64,000 nt of DNA from Vulcanimicrobiota bacterium (GTDB lineage Bacteria; Vulcanimicrobiota; Vulcanimicrobiia; Eremiobacterales; Eremiobacteraceae), in the NCBI GenBank assembly GCA_963812135.1, contig CAWETU010000001.1, positions 2,272,001 through 2,336,000 of the forward strand, given 5' to 3'. A program made the position numbers and the translations under genes. The notes beneath the pieces were generated by a model. That model worked only from the letters and a program-made list of their open reading frames with translations, was not told the DNA's origin and searched no databases. Below are positions 60,369 to 64,000 of the stretch, piece after piece; position 1 is the first letter of the stretch, and every line of letters begins with the position of its first letter.

Positions 60369-62028
60369 TTGGCGCGACAGAGGCACACCGACCGCTCCAT
60401 CCTGACCTTGGTCGTGGCCATCGCGCTGTCGCTCGCGGTCAACGGCTGCACGCGGATCTCAACGCAGACGGGCGGGGCGCCGCATTCGTATACCATTCCG
60501 GGTGTTCTCCGAGTCGGCTTTTACGAAAGTCTCGATAACCTCAACCCGTTACTGTCGCTGCAGACCTACGTCGGACAAGTCGAGACGCTCATCTTCTCCG
60601 GCCTGGTCCAGTACGACGATCACTATCATCTGGTCCCCGATGCGGCCGCCGTGGTGCCGACGTTGGCCAATGGCGGTGTCAGCAAAGACGGGCTGACGAT
60701 CACGTATCGCTTGCGCCATGACGTGCGGTTCTCCGACGGCACGCCTTTGACGTCCGCTGACGTCGCGTACACGTGGCAGCAGGCGGAAAACCCGCTCAAC
60801 AACACGCCGAATCGCGAGCCTGCGGATCGGGTCCAGTCGGTGACCACGCCCGATCCGTACACGGTGGTCGTGCGTCTGAAAGCGCCGTTCTCGCCGTTTG
60901 TCGGCAGCTTTTTCCGTAGCGGGTATACGCCTGGGGGCGGCATTTTGCCCAGCCATTTGCTGCGCGGGTTGCGCGATCTGAACCGTGCCCCTTATAATCT
61001 GCAGCCTGTCGGGAAGCGGGCCGTTCGTGGTGGAGCGCTGGCAGCCGGGGATCGAGCTGCGCTTGCAGGCGAACCCGCTGTATTTCCGCGGCGCGCCGAA
61101 GCTCAAGCAAATCGTCATCTCGATCATCCCAAACGAGAACTCGTTGCTGTCGGCAGTGCAGTCGCACGACATCGACTTCTACTATAATGTGCCGGAATCG
61201 CAGTACGCTCAGCTGCGCGGTCTCGCCGGCGTGCGGTTGTCGGTCGTGCCGTCCTTCTCTATCGAACACATCAAGTTCAATTGCGGGCGAGCGCCGTTGT
61301 CCGATGTACGAGTGCGCCAGGCAGTGGCATACGCCATCGACTGGCAGGGGCTGAGGCACCGGATCTATCTCGACCTGGGCGTGCCCGCCATGGCGGACGT
61401 CCGCCCGGATTCGTGGGCGTACAATCCGCGCGCGGTTCCTTATCCATTCGATCCGGCGCAGGCCGTGCGATTGTTGCGCAGCGCCGGGTGGGCGCCCGAC
61501 CCCAATGGGATCATGCGCAAAGATGGACGTGAGCTGAGTTTGGAGATGATCACGGTCGTGGGCTCGTCTGTCCGACTAAAGGCCGAGGAGCTGGTGCAAC
61601 AGGACCTCAAGGCGGTGGGAGTCGACGTCAACATCCACAACTATCCGGCGAATATCGTCTTCGCGACTTGGGCGCAAAACGGCATCATGACGCGGGGCAA
61701 CTACGATCTTTCGCTCGTGACGATGGATCTCGACGCGGATCCGGACAACAGCATCAATCTGAGTCCCGATCAGCTGCCGCCGCGCGGGCAGAATCGCTCG
61801 TTCTTCGTCGACCCGGAAGTCGGGGCGTGGGAGGCGGCGGGCGAGCGCAGCTACGATCAGGTCGTGCGTCGCCGCTACTATGTGATGGTGCAGCAGCGGA
61901 TCCACGATGCGTTGCCGTTCCACGGTATCGTGTGGCGTCCCACGATCAATGCGTACAACGAGGATCTGCACGGCTTTAGGCCGGGTGCGGAGTACGAGTT
62001 TTGGAATGCGTACGAGTGGTCGATTTGA
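60369..62028 (+). CDS. Peptide ABC transporter substrate-binding lipoprotein (SBP family 5), frameshifted
   Basis: Lipobox VNGC; LRHDVRFSDGTPLTSADV; GSGPF; VRQAVAYAID; frameshift near 61010; no permease genes adjacent. Confidence 0.92.
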
Positions 62029-62034
62029 AGAAAG

Positions 62035-62069
62035 AGAAGGCCCACGAGTCTTAGCCTCGCGGGCCTTCT
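62035..62069. terminator. Terminator between convergent genes
   Basis: AGAAGGCCCACGAG-N7-CTCGCGGGCCTTCT. Confidence 0.7.
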
Positions 62070-62094
62070 TGTTGAGTTTGGACTCGATTGTGGT

Positions 62095-63219
62095 TTAGTT
62101 GCCGTGGCTCATGTGATCCGAGTGCATCGCGTTGCCGCCGACCGGGTCGATGAAGGCGACCACGGGGCAATTCACCACGACGCCGATCGGCCCAAAGTGT
62201 TTGCCGTCCGGACTGGTGATCGCGCCGCTAGCTGCCAATGCGTAGGCTTGCGCAAAGCTTGTGACCCGAACGTTTTGGCCTTTCGCGATGGCTTCCTTAG
62301 ACCACGCGCCGACATTTGCCGCCCACAGGGGCGTGTAGCCGAACGCGGCGGGGCCAGCCGCAAAGGTCGCGAGGATGTTCAACGGTGAGCCGAATGCGGC
62401 GCTGTCTGAGATAACCGCTGCTCGAGAGAGTCGTCCGTCGAGCGCGAGAAACGCAAGGCCTTGCGCTTGCGGATTGTTTGCGCCGGTCTGACCGTTGGCT
62501 AGCGCGACGATCGGCTGTTGCGACGCAGGAGCGGATTCAGCAAGACGCTTTGTGTATGTCGCGCGCTCAATCGCAGCCACGCCGGCATCCGAGGCGTCGG
62601 TGCTGAGGTACACAACTCGCGCGCCATTGAAGAATCCGTGGGCGAGGAGGATCGTGACGGTCTTCTTGTTGGTGTCGATCGCGAGAACGCGATCGGCGGT
62701 GTTGCGATGCGTGGTGACGTCAAATGGTGCAGATCCTGTGGCCACGATCGGCGCGTCAAGCGTCGTGCCGTCGGGCAGCTTGACGAACGGTGAATAGTTG
62801 TCGTCGGCGGTCGAGCCGGGCTTCGCGTCTGCCGGCGGAAAGCCGGTGGCGCTCGGCTTGTAGACGCGGCCGGAACTAAAAACCGGCGCGCCTGCGAAGG
62901 TCAACGCTTGCGGTGTGCCGGAGCCGGACTGCGTGTATGTCTTGTCGATGCTCGGCGCGTAGTTGAGACCCAGCTCTTGCGCCTGTGCCTTGTTGGACGA
63001 GTCAGCGAGGATGTAGTAAACGGTCTTGCCCGCCGCGGAGCCTTTGTAGAGCGGCAGAACGACCGTGTTCTGCTGCGGGTCGACGGCGATCGCGCTCTTG
63101 AGAACGATGTGGTCGCGGGGGAGCTCAGCCGCTTTGACGGGGGTGGCGGCGAGCGTTAGTAATGCTATTGCTGCGAGCGCGACGTTCGCGCCAATGATAT
63201 GTCTGGATCCTTGATGCAC
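62095..63219 (-). CDS. Secreted hypothetical protein
   Basis: RBS AGGAGAAGG, signal peptide, internal two-fold repeat (VVLPLYKG...VYYILADSS / VTILLAHG...VVYLSTDAS), GYTPLW, VVNCPV. Confidence 0.8.
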   Translation of the reverse strand: MHQGSRHIIGANVALAAIALLTLAATPVKAAELPRDHIVLKSAIAVDPQQNTVVLPLYKGSAAGKTVYYILADSSNKAQAQELGLNYAPSIDKTYTQSGSGTPQALTFAGAPVFSSGRVYKPSATGFPPADAKPGSTADDNYSPFVKLPDGTTLDAPIVATGSAPFDVTTHRNTADRVLAIDTNKKTVTILLAHGFFNGARVVYLSTDASDAGVAAIERATYTKRLAESAPASQQPIVALANGQTGANNPQAQGLAFLALDGRLSRAAVISDSAAFGSPLNILATFAAGPAAFGYTPLWAANVGAWSKEAIAKGQNVRVTSFAQAYALAASGAITSPDGKHFGPIGVVVNCPVVAFIDPVGGNAMHSDHMSHGN

Positions 63220-63337
63220 TGCCTTCTCCTATTTCGAATTATTGCGGTGAGGTTGAGTGCCCTTACTACGCACGCCGGAGGCGAAAGGGATCAATCGAGG
63301 ATATGGGTGGAAAGCTACATTCGGCAGCTGGAAATAG

Positions 63338-64000
63338 TCAGTGGGCTGAGAGAATATAGCTCACGATGGCCGCAGACTGCTTTTGGATGCCGCTCCAGTC
63401 GCCCGCGCTCAAGCCACTGAGCCGCTGGCGCATCGCTGCGAGTTTGGGCATCGATGCGTCGAGTGCGGCGTCCTGTCCGATTTCGGAACGGAACACCGAG
63501 TCTATATCTTGTTGCTGCGAGGTCGAGGCGTTGAGACCCGCCTGCTCGGCATAGAGGCCGATCAGGAATGAACCGGTTTGATCTGACGAAAGGCGGTTCG
63601 CCAACGTTTGGATGGCTTGCCCGAACGCCTGGCTGTTCCTCACGCGGTCGAACGATGGGTTGACTACGAGCAGCGATCGCTGCTGATCGAGGAAATCTCT
63701 GTTGTCAGCGCTCGAGAGCATCGCTCCGAAGTGGGCAAACCAGTCATCGATGTATTGCTGCGATGGAGCTTCGGCAAGGGACCGCTGGTCGTCCATGAGC
63801 TCGGTAATGCGCGCCGCCCCGACGCCGGCCTGCGCGAATCCGGGCAGACCAGGTGCATAATGGATCGCCTCGGTGAGTTTAGTTCCGTTGAGTCCCATGA
63901 CTCCTTGGGGTTTTGCGCTTATGGCATATGCGGATCGATCTTGCGCGAGCAGCGCGACGAGCGCGTGGCGATTCTGGTAGCGGTCGATCACGGTCGGGCC
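63338..64000 (-). CDS. Hypothetical protein, 5' end outside the window
   Basis: Open frame from the right edge to the stop at 63338. Confidence 0.6.
   Translation of the reverse strand, partial: GPTVIDRYQNRHALVALLAQDRSAYAISAKPQGVMGLNGTKLTEAIHYAPGLPGFAQAGVGAARITELMDDQRSLAEAPSQQYIDDWFAHFGAMLSSADNRDFLDQQRSLLVVNPSFDRVRNSQAFGQAIQTLANRLSSDQTGSFLIGLYAEQAGLNASTSQQQDIDSVFRSEIGQDAALDASMPKLAAMRQRLSGLSAGDWSGIQKQSAAIVSYILSAH

Overview
GC-rich bacterial accessory region with no rRNA, tRNA, CRISPR array, integrase or transposase that I can see. The gene repertoire (BTAD/AAA regulators, PDZ-7TM-GAF membrane proteins, Uma2 nucleases, many small secreted proteins) suggests Ca. Eremiobacterota/WPS-2, but this is inference only. 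Many genes are split by single-base frameshifts, probably consensus errors, so several CDS below are stitched by eye. Main contents: (1) a visibly lower-GC minus-strand defence island (about 15.3-26.4 kb): WYL regulator, DUF2075 nuclease-helicase, N4-cytosine methyltransferase, a structured non-coding leader, a translationally coupled chain BglII-like REase / ParB-like / SNF2 helicase / DUF3883, then DUF262 + HEPN; (2) seven toxin-antitoxin loci or remnants and three Uma2 nucleases; (3) four cargo blocks bounded by direct repeats made of pieces of ordinary genes (SDR 3' end, membrane-protein 5' end, hicB, Uma2 3' end); (4) a SARP/STAND regulator with matching 11-bp-phased boxes in front of two neighbouring genes; (5) a candidate small RNA with its own promoter and terminator next to two GTAG-REP-like hairpins; (6) many secreted proteins, including one that looks like a mosaic of T6SS Hcp peptide motifs. 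All family names come from motif recognition, not database searches.
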